Assembly: GCA_963764165.1 (NCBI GenBank)
Contig: CAVXRD010000002.1
Coordinates: 544,001 to 608,000 of the forward strand
Length of the DNA stretch: 64,000 nt
Reading direction: 5' to 3'
Origin: an uncultured Verrucomicrobiae bacterium
GTDB lineage: Bacteria > Verrucomicrobiota > Verrucomicrobiia > Limisphaerales > Palsa-1400
In this document: positions 27,721 through 36,350 of the stretch, one piece after another
How the letters are laid out: each line of letters begins with the position of its first letter
How positions within the stretch are numbered: position 1 is the stretch's first letter
Notes under the pieces: generated by a model
Databases searched by the model: none
Told to the model about the DNA's origin: nothing
What the model saw: only the letters and a program-made list of their open reading frames with translations
Translations under genes and position numbers: made by a program

Positions 27721-28815
27721 ATGAAATCGCTGTATCTGCTGCCGATGCTGGCTGTGGTCATGTCGGCATTCTCCCAAAACGGCCCCGCTCCTGAAGTTTC
27801 CGCCGATGGCCGCGTCACCTTCCGCCTGAAATCCACCAACGCGCAAAGCGTGCTGGTGCAGTGCGAGAGCCTGGCTCGTGAGCCCATGGCCAAGGATGAC
27901 AAGGGGGTCTGGTCCTTCACCACGCCGGCGCTGGAGCCGGATTTTTACGGATACTCCTTTATTGTTGACGGCGTGCGGGCGCTGGATTTGAACAACCCGC
28001 TGCAAAAATACAATCTTCTCAACACGGAAAGCCAGGTTCACGTTCCCGGCCCGGCTTCCCTTGCGTGGGAAGTCAACGATGTTCCGCACGGCGTCATTCA
28101 TCGCCACTTTTACCATTCCAAGGCGGCCGGGGATGACCGCGCGTTCTTCGTCTATACGCCGCCGGGATATTCCATTTCCGGCCCCGCCCTGCCGGTCTTT
28201 TGCCTGCTGCATGGATTCAGTGATGACGCGTCCGCCTGGTGTTCGGTGGGCCAGGCGAATATTATTTTTGACAACCTGATTGCCCGCGGAGAGGCCAAGC
28301 CGATGGTGGTCGTCATGCCGCTCGGATACGGAACGATGGAAGCGCTTTACCGCAACGGCCGCGCGCGGGATCCCGGGTTTAACCAGCGCAGCACAAACCA
28401 GTTTCGCGCGACGTTGATGGATGAGGTTCTGCCGCAAGTGGAAGCCGCCTATCACGTTTCCAGCGATCGCCAGCAGCGCGCCATCGCCGGACTCTCGATG
28501 GGCGGGGCGGAATCTCTCACGGTGGGGTTGAATAACCTCGATCACTTCTCGTGGATCGGCGCGTTCAGCGCCGGCGGGGTCGGCACGAATTTCCCGGCGA
28601 CCTTTCCGACGCTTGACGCCACGGCCAACGACCGCCTTCGCCTGCTGTGGATCGCCTGCGGGAAAGAGGATGGGCTGTTCGAGCCAAACCGGAAATTCGC
28701 GGAGTGGCTCGACAGCAAAGGCGTGCATCACACCTGGACAGAAACCGCCGGCGCCCACAGCTGGCGGGTGTGGCGGCGGAATTTAGCGGCCTTCACTCCG
28801 CTTCTTTTCAAGTAA
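27721..28815 (+). CDS. Secreted esterase (CBM48-like N-domain + alpha/beta hydrolase)
   Basis: DGRVTFRL, VYTPPGY, LLHGFSDD, AIAGLSMGG, GAHSWRVWR. Confidence 0.88.
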   Translation: MKSLYLLPMLAVVMSAFSQNGPAPEVSADGRVTFRLKSTNAQSVLVQCESLAREPMAKDDKGVWSFTTPALEPDFYGYSFIVDGVRALDLNNPLQKYNLLNTESQVHVPGPASLAWEVNDVPHGVIHRHFYHSKAAGDDRAFFVYTPPGYSISGPALPVFCLLHGFSDDASAWCSVGQANIIFDNLIARGEAKPMVVVMPLGYGTMEALYRNGRARDPGFNQRSTNQFRATLMDEVLPQVEAAYHVSSDRQQRAIAGLSMGGAESLTVGLNNLDHFSWIGAFSAGGVGTNFPATFPTLDATANDRLRLLWIACGKEDGLFEPNRKFAEWLDSKGVHHTWTETAGAHSWRVWRRNLAAFTPLLFK

Positions 28816-28835
28816 CTTGCGAAACGGGCGAGGCG

Positions 28836-29552
28836 ATGAAATGGTACGTTGGCACCAGCGGATTCTCCTACAAGGAATGGCGCGGGCCGTTTTATCCCGA
28901 AAAACTGCCCGCCAGGCGCATGCTCAATTTCTACGCCGGGCATTTTCGCTCGGTGGAAATGAACGGCACTTTTTACCGCCTGCCGAAAGCGAGCGCCATC
29001 GAGGCGTGGACGAGGGAAGTGCCGCCTGATTTCAAGGTTGTCCTCAAGGCGCCGCAAAAAATGACGCATCGCGAGCGCTTGAAAAACTCAGCCAAGTCCG
29101 CGAAGGAATTTCTTGAATTGGCAAATGTCCTTGGCCCGCGCATGGGGCCCGTGCTTTTCCAACTGCCCGGATTCATCAAGAAAGACCAACCGCTCCTGGG
29201 CGATTTTCTGGCCATGCTGGACGGCCGCTGCCGTGCCGCATTTGAATTCCGCCACCAGAGCTGGTTTGAGGACGATGTGTTCGCGACGCTGAAGAAGCAT
29301 CAGGCAGCCTTGTGCATCGCCGATGCGGAAAACGACCTGATTATCCCATTTGTCGCAACGGCGAAATGGGGCTATTTGCGATTGCGGAGGACCGTTTACA
29401 AAAAGGCCGTGCTCAAGGCGTGGGCCAGCCGCATCGCTGCGCAAAAATGGAAGGAAGCTTTTGTTTTTTTCAAACACGACGACATTGGACGCGGGCCGAA
29501 GATGGCGCGACAATTTCTTGCGTTGGCCGGGCCGCCGCCAGGCAGTGACTAA
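28836..29552 (+). CDS. DUF72 family protein
   Basis: VGTSGFSYKEWRGPFYP, VEMNGTFY, LFQLP, EFRHQSW, YLRLR. Confidence 0.9.
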   Translation: MKWYVGTSGFSYKEWRGPFYPEKLPARRMLNFYAGHFRSVEMNGTFYRLPKASAIEAWTREVPPDFKVVLKAPQKMTHRERLKNSAKSAKEFLELANVLGPRMGPVLFQLPGFIKKDQPLLGDFLAMLDGRCRAAFEFRHQSWFEDDVFATLKKHQAALCIADAENDLIIPFVATAKWGYLRLRRTVYKKAVLKAWASRIAAQKWKEAFVFFKHDDIGRGPKMARQFLALAGPPPGSD

Positions 29553-29616
29553 GCGACCCGTTCCGTTGGCGTTATTCGTTTCAATTTTTCCCAATATTTC
29601 TTCAGAAATCGCGCTG

Positions 29617-29662
29617 AAAAACCTCTGGCAGGTTTTCTGATTTCATTTCCATGTGCCACACT
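29617..29662 (+). promoter_or_regulatory. Second copy of the dyad + extended -10-like motif
   Basis: AAAAACCTCTGGCAGGTTTTCTG-N14-TGCCACACT; 22/23 identical to 16074-16096. Confidence 0.6.
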
Positions 29663-29719
29663 GCCTCCATCCATGAATATATGACAGCACCGCGGAACCG
29701 GCTCCCGCCGCCTCCCGAA

Positions 29720-29737
29720 TTGTCACGCAATTGTCAC
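29720..29737 (+). promoter_or_regulatory. Pho box
   Basis: TTGTCAC-GCAA-TTGTCAC direct repeat with 11-bp period upstream of pstS. Confidence 0.8.
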
Positions 29738-29807
29738 GAGGTTTCCTTTTCTTCGCCTTATGGCGTGGATAAACTGCCGCCATGGTTGCAGCGGCTCGGA
29801 TTGTGAG

Positions 29808-30839
29808 ATGAAGATGCATGGAACGTTGACAAGGCTGGCGCGCGCGATGGTGAGCACGGCTATTGTCTTGGCGTGCGCGGGGCGCGTGCCGGCTCAATTG
29901 CTCATTAACGGCGCGGGCGCAACCTTTCCCTATCCCATTTACTCCAAATGGTTTGACGAATACAGCAGGGTCGATCCTTCCGTTCGCTTCAATTACCAGT
30001 CCATCGGCTCCGGCGGCGGACAGAAACAAATCATGCAGGGGACGGTCGATTTCGGCGCGACGGACGGGCCCATGAGCGACCAGAACCTCTCCAAGGCGCC
30101 CGCAAAAATTCTCCACGTCCCCACGGTGGCCGGGGCGGACGTCATTGCTTACAATTTGCCAGGCGCGCCGAAGCTGCGCCTGGACGGCGCAGCCATTGCC
30201 GCCATGTTCCTCGGCCAGATCACCCGCTGGAACGACTCGCGGCTGGCGGCGCTTAATCCGGGTGTCGCTTTGCCGGCGATGGATTTGCTGCTGGTGCATC
30301 GCGCGGATGGGAGCGGGACGACTTACATTTTCGCCGATTACCTGAGCAGCGTCAGCCCGGAATGGCTGCGCCGGGTTGGGCGCGGCACCTCTGTCAAATG
30401 GCCGGCGGGACTCGGCGCGGAAGGAAACGAGGGCGTGACCAGCCAAATAAAAACAATGCCCGGCGCGGTCGGCTACGTGGAGTTGATTTACGCGGTGCAG
30501 AACAAGCTTTCCTGCGCCACTGTCAAGAATGCGGCGGGAAATTTTATCGCGCCGTCTGTGAAGTCCGTGGCCGAGGCGCTGGACGCCGCGACGATTCCCG
30601 ATGATTTCCGCTTTTCCATGGTCAATCTCGCGGCCCCAAAAGCCTATCCGATATCCGGCGCGACATGGCTGCTGATTTACCAGCAGCAGCGCGATCCGGT
30701 CAAAGGCAGAAAATTAGTGGAGTTCCTTAAGTGGGCCATGAAAGATGGCGAAGCCATGGCGCCATCGCTCGACTACGCTCCCTTGCCGCCCGCGTTGCAC
30801 AAACGCGTGCTGGCTCAAATCGAGGGCATACGGTATTAA
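29808..30839 (+). CDS. pstS: Phosphate ABC transporter substrate-binding protein
   Basis: GAGATFPYP, YQSIGSGGG, DFGATD, HRADGSGTT, YPISG. Confidence 0.95.
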   Translation: MKMHGTLTRLARAMVSTAIVLACAGRVPAQLLINGAGATFPYPIYSKWFDEYSRVDPSVRFNYQSIGSGGGQKQIMQGTVDFGATDGPMSDQNLSKAPAKILHVPTVAGADVIAYNLPGAPKLRLDGAAIAAMFLGQITRWNDSRLAALNPGVALPAMDLLLVHRADGSGTTYIFADYLSSVSPEWLRRVGRGTSVKWPAGLGAEGNEGVTSQIKTMPGAVGYVELIYAVQNKLSCATVKNAAGNFIAPSVKSVAEALDAATIPDDFRFSMVNLAAPKAYPISGATWLLIYQQQRDPVKGRKLVEFLKWAMKDGEAMAPSLDYAPLPPALHKRVLAQIEGIRY

Positions 30840-30848
30840 AGCGCGCCA

Positions 30849-31811
30849 ATGAACGCAGCCGCCACAGAGCGAAGCATGATTCTCGCCCCGCCGTCGAAGG
30901 CGGGCGACGCGATTTTCCGAGGGCTGACCTGGGCCATGGCGATGTCGGTGTTCGTGCTCATCGTCGTGCTGGGCTGGGAACTGTTTCAAGGCTCCAAACT
31001 TTCGGTGAAGCAATTTGGCTGGCCGTTTTTAGTCCGCGCAGACTGGAATCCCGTCAGCGGAGAATTCGGGGCGCTGCCGTTCATTTTTGGCACGATGGTG
31101 ACTTCCGTCCTGGGTTTATTGATCGCCCTGCCGCTGAGCCTCGGCGCAGCCATCTATTTGACAGAGCTTGCGCCGAAATGGATTCGCCAGCCCGCGATGA
31201 CCTTGATCGAATTGCTCGCGGCCGTGCCCAGCATTGTTTTGGGGCTTTGGGGGATGGCGGTGCTTGCTCCCTGGCTGGGCGAGCACGTATATCCGCTTTT
31301 GCAGAAGGCGTTTGGTTTTCTGCCGATTTTCCAGGGTCACATCTACGGGCCTTCGATTCTTTCGGCGGCCATCATCGTGGCGATCATGATTGTTCCCATT
31401 GTCACATCGATAGCGCGCGAGGTCTTCCGTTCCGTGCCAGACTCGCAGCGCGAAGCCGCCTTCGCCCTCGGTGCGACGCGCTGGGAAGTCATCCAACTCG
31501 CCGTTTTGAAAGGATCGCGCCGCGGCATTTTCGGCGCTGCCATGCTCGGCCTTGGCCGCGCTCTGGGCGAAACGATGGCGGTGACAATGGTGATCGGCAA
31601 CAGCACGACGATCCCGAAATCGCTCTTCGCCCCGGGCTGCACATTGGCCAGCGGATTGGCGACGGAATTTGGCGAAGCTTCGGACGATATGTATTTGAGC
31701 GCGCTGTTCGAGCTTGGCTTGGTGCTTTTGCTGGTGACGATTGTCACGAATATTTTGGCGCATGTGCTCGTCGGCGCCGTCACCAAACCAGCGCAGGCCG
31801 CCAGCGGATGA
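30849..31811 (+). CDS. pstC: Phosphate ABC transporter permease
   Basis: ELLAAVPSIVLGLWG, EAAFALGATRWE, LGLGRALGETMAV. Confidence 0.95.
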   Translation: MNAAATERSMILAPPSKAGDAIFRGLTWAMAMSVFVLIVVLGWELFQGSKLSVKQFGWPFLVRADWNPVSGEFGALPFIFGTMVTSVLGLLIALPLSLGAAIYLTELAPKWIRQPAMTLIELLAAVPSIVLGLWGMAVLAPWLGEHVYPLLQKAFGFLPIFQGHIYGPSILSAAIIVAIMIVPIVTSIAREVFRSVPDSQREAAFALGATRWEVIQLAVLKGSRRGIFGAAMLGLGRALGETMAVTMVIGNSTTIPKSLFAPGCTLASGLATEFGEASDDMYLSALFELGLVLLLVTIVTNILAHVLVGAVTKPAQAASG

Positions 31812-32662
31812 GCGAGCGCCTCACCCAACGCCGCCGTTTTGCCAGCGCCGCCGTTTCGGCGCTTTGCCTGCTCAGCGCCATCGTCGTGATGCTGCCGATG
31901 GCTTTCATCCTGTTCCATTTGATCCGCCTCGGGGCCGGCGCCATCGACTGGAATTTTTTCACCCAATTGCCAAAGCCCGCCGGCCAGCCCGGGGGCGGAA
32001 TGGCCAATGCCATTGTTGGAAGCTTCGTCCTGCTGCTGCTGGCGATTTTAATCGGCGTGCCGGTGGGAATTCTGGGAGGAATTTATTTGACGGAGTTTGG
32101 CCCGCGGCGGCTCAATTGGGCGGTTCGCTTCATTGCGGATATTTTGAGCGGGACGCCTTCCATCGTTTGGGGAATTGTTGTTTACGCCTTGATCGTCGTG
32201 CCGATGAAGGGCGCCTCGGCGTATGCGGGCGGATTGGCGCTGGGGCTGATCATGATTCCGATGGTCATGCGCTCCACTGAGCAAATGCTTTCGCGCGTGC
32301 CGCATAGCTATCGCGAAGCGGCCATGGCGCTGGGAATTCCCAAGTGGAAAAGCGTCATCCACATCGTCCTCAAGGCCGCGGGCAAAGGCATCGTGACCGG
32401 CGTGCTGCTGGCGTGCTCGCGCGTCGCGGGCGAAACGGCGCCGCTGCTTTTCACCGCGTCCGGCAACCAGTTTTGGAGCCACAGCCTCTCGGAACCGATC
32501 GCATCGCTGCCACGTCAAATATATAATTACGCCACCGCTCCTTACGAAGACGCGCGGCGGCAGGCGTGGGCGGGAGCGCTGGTGTTGATGGCGCTGGCGC
32601 TGGCTTTCAATGTCATCGTGCGCGCCATCACGCGCGGATCAAATGTTCCAGTGGCAAAATGA
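31808..32662 (+). CDS. pstA: Phosphate ABC transporter permease
   Basis: GGMANAIVGS, GTPSIVWG, EAAMALG, RVAGETAPLLFT; ATG at 31808. Confidence 0.95.
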   Translation: MSERLTQRRRFASAAVSALCLLSAIVVMLPMAFILFHLIRLGAGAIDWNFFTQLPKPAGQPGGGMANAIVGSFVLLLLAILIGVPVGILGGIYLTEFGPRRLNWAVRFIADILSGTPSIVWGIVVYALIVVPMKGASAYAGGLALGLIMIPMVMRSTEQMLSRVPHSYREAAMALGIPKWKSVIHIVLKAAGKGIVTGVLLACSRVAGETAPLLFTASGNQFWSHSLSEPIASLPRQIYNYATAPYEDARRQAWAGALVLMALALAFNVIVRAITRGSNVPVAK

Positions 32663-32685
32663 TCAAATCGGCATCATACTAACCT

Positions 32686-33333
32686 ATGCAATCCTACTTC
32701 GATGAGGAGCTGTCGCAGTTCAAGGAGAAGCTCCTGCTGATGGGCAGCTACGCGGAGAGCGCGGTCAGCCTCGCCGTCCAATCCCTCGTCGAACGCAAGG
32801 ATGACCTTGCGCTGCAAGTGCAGGAAGACGACGATTTGATGGATCAACTGGAAATCGAAATCGACGACCAGGCGATCAACTTGCTGGCCAAAGCGCCGCT
32901 CGCTTCGGACTTGCGCCTCATCACTGTAGCCATGCGCATTTCACAAAATTTGGAGCGCGTTGGCGATGAAGCGACAACGATTTCCCGCCGCGCGATTGAC
33001 TTGAATCAGGAGCCTCCGTTGCGGGCATTTGTGGACATCCCCAGCATGGCGCGCATAGCTTTGGGATTGCTAAAGGAGTCGCTCGATTGCTTCGTTCGCA
33101 AGCAACCTGAATTGGCTCGCGCCATCATTCCGCGCGACAAGGAAGTCGACGCCTTGAATCGCCAATTGCATCGCGAACTCGCGAAGTTAATGGCGGAAAA
33201 TCCAGCGACCATCAACCGCTGTTTGAATTTGATGACCGTCTCGAAAAGCCTTGAGCGCGTGGCAGATCATGCGACGAACATCGCGGCGCAGGTTGTCTAT
33301 TTGTGCGAGGCGAGGGATATCCGCCACGCTTAG
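32686..33333 (+). CDS. phoU: Phosphate signalling complex protein
   Basis: PLASDLRLI, LERVGDEA, LERVADHATNIA. Confidence 0.95.
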   Translation: MQSYFDEELSQFKEKLLLMGSYAESAVSLAVQSLVERKDDLALQVQEDDDLMDQLEIEIDDQAINLLAKAPLASDLRLITVAMRISQNLERVGDEATTISRRAIDLNQEPPLRAFVDIPSMARIALGLLKESLDCFVRKQPELARAIIPRDKEVDALNRQLHRELAKLMAENPATINRCLNLMTVSKSLERVADHATNIAAQVVYLCEARDIRHA

Positions 33334-33842
33334 AAAGGGAGGCGGATATTTTCCTTCACCCACTTTACCGCCGCTTCGCGCATGAGGATTTCAGCAGTGG
33401 GATGCTGCGTCGAGTCGATATAAGTCGGGCCATATAACTCGTAGGCGCCCGGGCGAACCATCATTTTCAGCCGAATAGCGTGATTATTCTCGTCAAATTG
33501 GATCATCGCAAATTTCAATCCTTCTCCACCCGACATAACTCCGACCGGCAGGACTCCCAAAAACAGCACCAACCGGTGCCGCTTAAGCGCATCAACCCTG
33601 TAACATGCAACTCGTATATCCGAAAAATATTTATCTTCGTTGCCGAGAGCAGAAATCACTTCATCCCTGGTTCGATGAATGATACTCGCCGATGAAAAGT
33701 CCTCTCGCGGATGCTGGGAAATCTGTATCCGCCGTGACGGCAAGGGCGGGAATGCGCACCCGGGCCACGCGATGAAACCGGCGGAAGCGAGAGCCAACGC
33801 CAACAGGCAGCCAACTTTTGTTCTTAAGCGAATCAAGTTCAA
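33330..33842 (-). CDS. Hypothetical protein, possible lipoprotein
   Basis: Hydrophobic N-terminus with Cys (WPGC); fills the gap downstream of the kinase gene. Confidence 0.5.
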   Translation of the reverse strand: MNLIRLRTKVGCLLALALASAGFIAWPGCAFPPLPSRRIQISQHPREDFSSASIIHRTRDEVISALGNEDKYFSDIRVACYRVDALKRHRLVLFLGVLPVGVMSGGEGLKFAMIQFDENNHAIRLKMMVRPGAYELYGPTYIDSTQHPTAEILMREAAVKWVKENIRLPF

Positions 33843-33873
33843 CCATTCAAAAATGGTTACGCAACGCGCGAAG

Positions 33874-35343
33874 TCAAGCAGCTTGCGCTGTCAGCCGAAT
33901 GGCAACTTCAAGCCCAGAGGGCTCGAGGTTTCGGCACGCGACCACGCCGCCGCATGATTCAATGCACTTCTTGACAATCGCCAACCCGAGGCCGACGCCT
34001 CCCGTCTCGCGATCACGCGAGGCATCCGTGCGATAGAACGGGTCAAAGATGCGCAGCAAGTCGGCTTGCGGCACTCCGGGGCCGCAATCGGAGACCGTGA
34101 CGGCAATCTTGTCATGCTCGCGTTGCGCGGCGACCGTAATCGGTCCGGCTGCGCCTGCGTAACGGACGGCATTGCGAACCAAATTTGACAGCGCCCGAGT
34201 CAACATGTCGGAGTCCGCCGTCGCGACAATATCCTCACTGGCGTCAACAACTATTTTCACCTCGCCAGTCGACTCGCGACGAACGGCTTTTTCAATCGCT
34301 TCCCGCACATTGACCGGCTGCAAGTTCGCCGCGGGCGCAGTGAGCGAGGCCTTGGAAAATGAAAGCAACTCGTTCACCAGGCTTGATATGTGCCCGGCCT
34401 CCTCGTCCGCGCGGGCGACGTAATCCTTCTGCTCCCCGCCCGCCCGCTGCTCGAGAATGCCGAGCGAGACGCGCAATTTGGCCAGGGGCGAACAAAGCTC
34501 GTGCGCGACGTCTCCCAAAAAGCGCTTCTGCCCTGTCACCAATCCATCAAGCCGAGCTGCCATTTGATTGACAGATCGGCCGAGGTCGCCCAGCTCATCG
34601 CGGCGGGTTTCCGGAACACGCGTCTCAAAGCGGCCCTCGGCGATTTGCCGCGTGGCGGCGGTCAATTGCGCGATGGAGCGATTGATGCCGCGCATCATCG
34701 GCAGCCACAGCAGCGCGGAAAGCCCGATGGCCGCCAATCCAACTTTAATCCACGGCCCGACCTCAAAGAAAAGGCCGCCCGCGCCGAGTGTTTCGGAAAC
34801 GAGAATCAAGTTGGCCGGCTCCGGGTGCGATTCGTGAATCCTGAGCATCGCCCGCACGATCACCCAATAGCGCGACGGGTCTTTGGTGTGGCTCATCGCT
34901 TTCGGGCGGGGATCACGCATCATGCCGCGCGGCCCCTCGTGCGGCGGACGCTCCCCCTCTGGTCCGGGGTCGGGATTCCGCTCCGGCCGTATGTGGTGCG
35001 GAGGGCCTCCCAGCCGCTGGCGAATTTCTGCCGGCAACTCCATCGCGGCACCGGCGGTCTGGCTGCCCTGCCCGTCGAAAACAACGAAATGCACTTTGTT
35101 CTGATAGGCGCTGTCGCATTGCTGAAGCGTGGCTGTCCACTTGTCTACCGGCTCGTCGCGCAGCGCGTTGAGAATGATTTCGCTTTCGCCGTCAATGCGC
35201 TCGCTTGCATCCGACGGCAGCAGCCAATCCGACCCGGTGCGAAACTGGGCGCTGAACGTCACCCAAAACATGCCGGCCAGCAGCGCCAGGTTCAGCAAGA
35301 ACAGCAGCAGGATGCGGGCGGATAATGGAAAACGGCGCGGCAT
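33874..35343 (-). CDS. Sensor histidine kinase (HAMP, HisKA, HATPase; CpxA-like)
   Basis: RRDELGDL, DVAHELCSPL, NLVRNAVRY, DCGPGV, GGVGLGLAIV. Confidence 0.93.
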   Translation of the reverse strand: MPRRFPLSARILLLFLLNLALLAGMFWVTFSAQFRTGSDWLLPSDASERIDGESEIILNALRDEPVDKWTATLQQCDSAYQNKVHFVVFDGQGSQTAGAAMELPAEIRQRLGGPPHHIRPERNPDPGPEGERPPHEGPRGMMRDPRPKAMSHTKDPSRYWVIVRAMLRIHESHPEPANLILVSETLGAGGLFFEVGPWIKVGLAAIGLSALLWLPMMRGINRSIAQLTAATRQIAEGRFETRVPETRRDELGDLGRSVNQMAARLDGLVTGQKRFLGDVAHELCSPLAKLRVSLGILEQRAGGEQKDYVARADEEAGHISSLVNELLSFSKASLTAPAANLQPVNVREAIEKAVRRESTGEVKIVVDASEDIVATADSDMLTRALSNLVRNAVRYAGAAGPITVAAQREHDKIAVTVSDCGPGVPQADLLRIFDPFYRTDASRDRETGGVGLGLAIVKKCIESCGGVVACRNLEPSGLEVAIRLTAQAA

Positions 35344-35348
35344 GGCGG

Positions 35349-36098
35349 TTATTCAGCCTCGGGATTGATGAGCATGTAACCGACGGAACGAAACGTCCGG
35401 ATGAACCGCGGCTGCTTTGGATCATCGCCCAATTTCTTGCGGAGCGACCAGATATGGACGTCGACCGATCTGTCAAAAACATCGTAATTCCGCTCGGCCA
35501 CGGCCTCGACCAATTCTTCGCGCGATTTCACCCGGCCGCGCGAACGCGCGAGGGCGGCCAGCAAATCGAATTCAAGCGCTGTCAAATCAATGGGCCTGTC
35601 GCCGACCACGGCCCGGCGCGTTCCGGGATTCAGCCGCAACTGGCCCACCACAATTTCAGCGTCCGCTTTTCCCTCGGCTTTTGTCGCGGCGGGAGTGGCT
35701 CGGCGCATGACGGCCCGCAGGCGCGCCAGCAGTTCGCGTGTGGAAAACGTCTTTGGCAAATAATCGTCCGCCCCCACCTCCAGGCCGGCGATGCGGTCCG
35801 CCTCGTCGCCACGCGCTGTCAACATAAGAACGGGGACGGTCGTCTTGGCGCGGAGATGCTTGAGCACCTCGAACCCGTTCATCCCGGGCAGCATGACGTC
35901 AAGTATAACGGCGCTCCATGGTTCATCGAGTGCGAGTTCCAAGCCATCGGGTCCGTTGTGGGCGGCGGTCACCGCGTAGCCGAGCGGCTCGAGGTATTCG
36001 CGAATCAAGCGGCACAACGCGCGATCATCGTCGATGATCAGCAGCCGCGAGCCGTCACTCTTGGCGGCATCGGCTTGATTTGCAATTGGCGCAGGCAT
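35349..36098 (-). CDS. OmpR-family response regulator (CpxR-like)
   Basis: IIDDD, LDVMLP, LTARG, GADDYLPK, DRSVDVHI, IRTFRSVGY. Confidence 0.93.
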   Translation of the reverse strand: MPAPIANQADAAKSDGSRLLIIDDDRALCRLIREYLEPLGYAVTAAHNGPDGLELALDEPWSAVILDVMLPGMNGFEVLKHLRAKTTVPVLMLTARGDEADRIAGLEVGADDYLPKTFSTRELLARLRAVMRRATPAATKAEGKADAEIVVGQLRLNPGTRRAVVGDRPIDLTALEFDLLAALARSRGRVKSREELVEAVAERNYDVFDRSVDVHIWSLRKKLGDDPKQPRFIRTFRSVGYMLINPEAE

Positions 36099-36140
36099 CT
36101 TTGCGTTACGATAACGGCTATCTCAAAAAACGCCGCAAAA

Positions 36141-36156
36141 TTAACCTTTCCTTAAC
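36141..36156 (-). promoter_or_regulatory. Possible OmpR-family autoregulatory box
   Basis: GTTAA-N6-GTTAA direct repeat (11-bp period) upstream of the response regulator. Confidence 0.4.
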
Positions 36157-36218
36157 AATTTTGATCCGCCCGGCAAGAATCGCGGCAGGGTGAGGCTGCC
36201 GATGAACTGTTTTGTGAA

Positions 36219-36322
36219 GGTAGGGACGCCTCGCCGAGGCGTCCGGGGTGAGGCGTCGTTGATCGGTGCGGCCCACAAAAACTTTCACGCGCAACCGGAC
36301 GCCTCGGCGAGGCGTCCCTACC
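36219..36322. repeat. GTAG-type REP pair
   Basis: GGTAGGGACGCCTCGCCGAGGCGTCCGG...CCGGACGCCTCGGCGAGGCGTCCCTACC. Confidence 0.88.
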
Positions 36323-36350
36323 ATTGCCGAGGCTGCTTGACGATTGATGG

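Noticed and set aside
30731..31807. Long N-terminal extensions in track ORFs (30731, 23037, 21136, 18621, 16348, 50638, 51867, 8543)
   Set aside because: They overlap neighbouring real genes; true starts are downstream, so these are not fusions.
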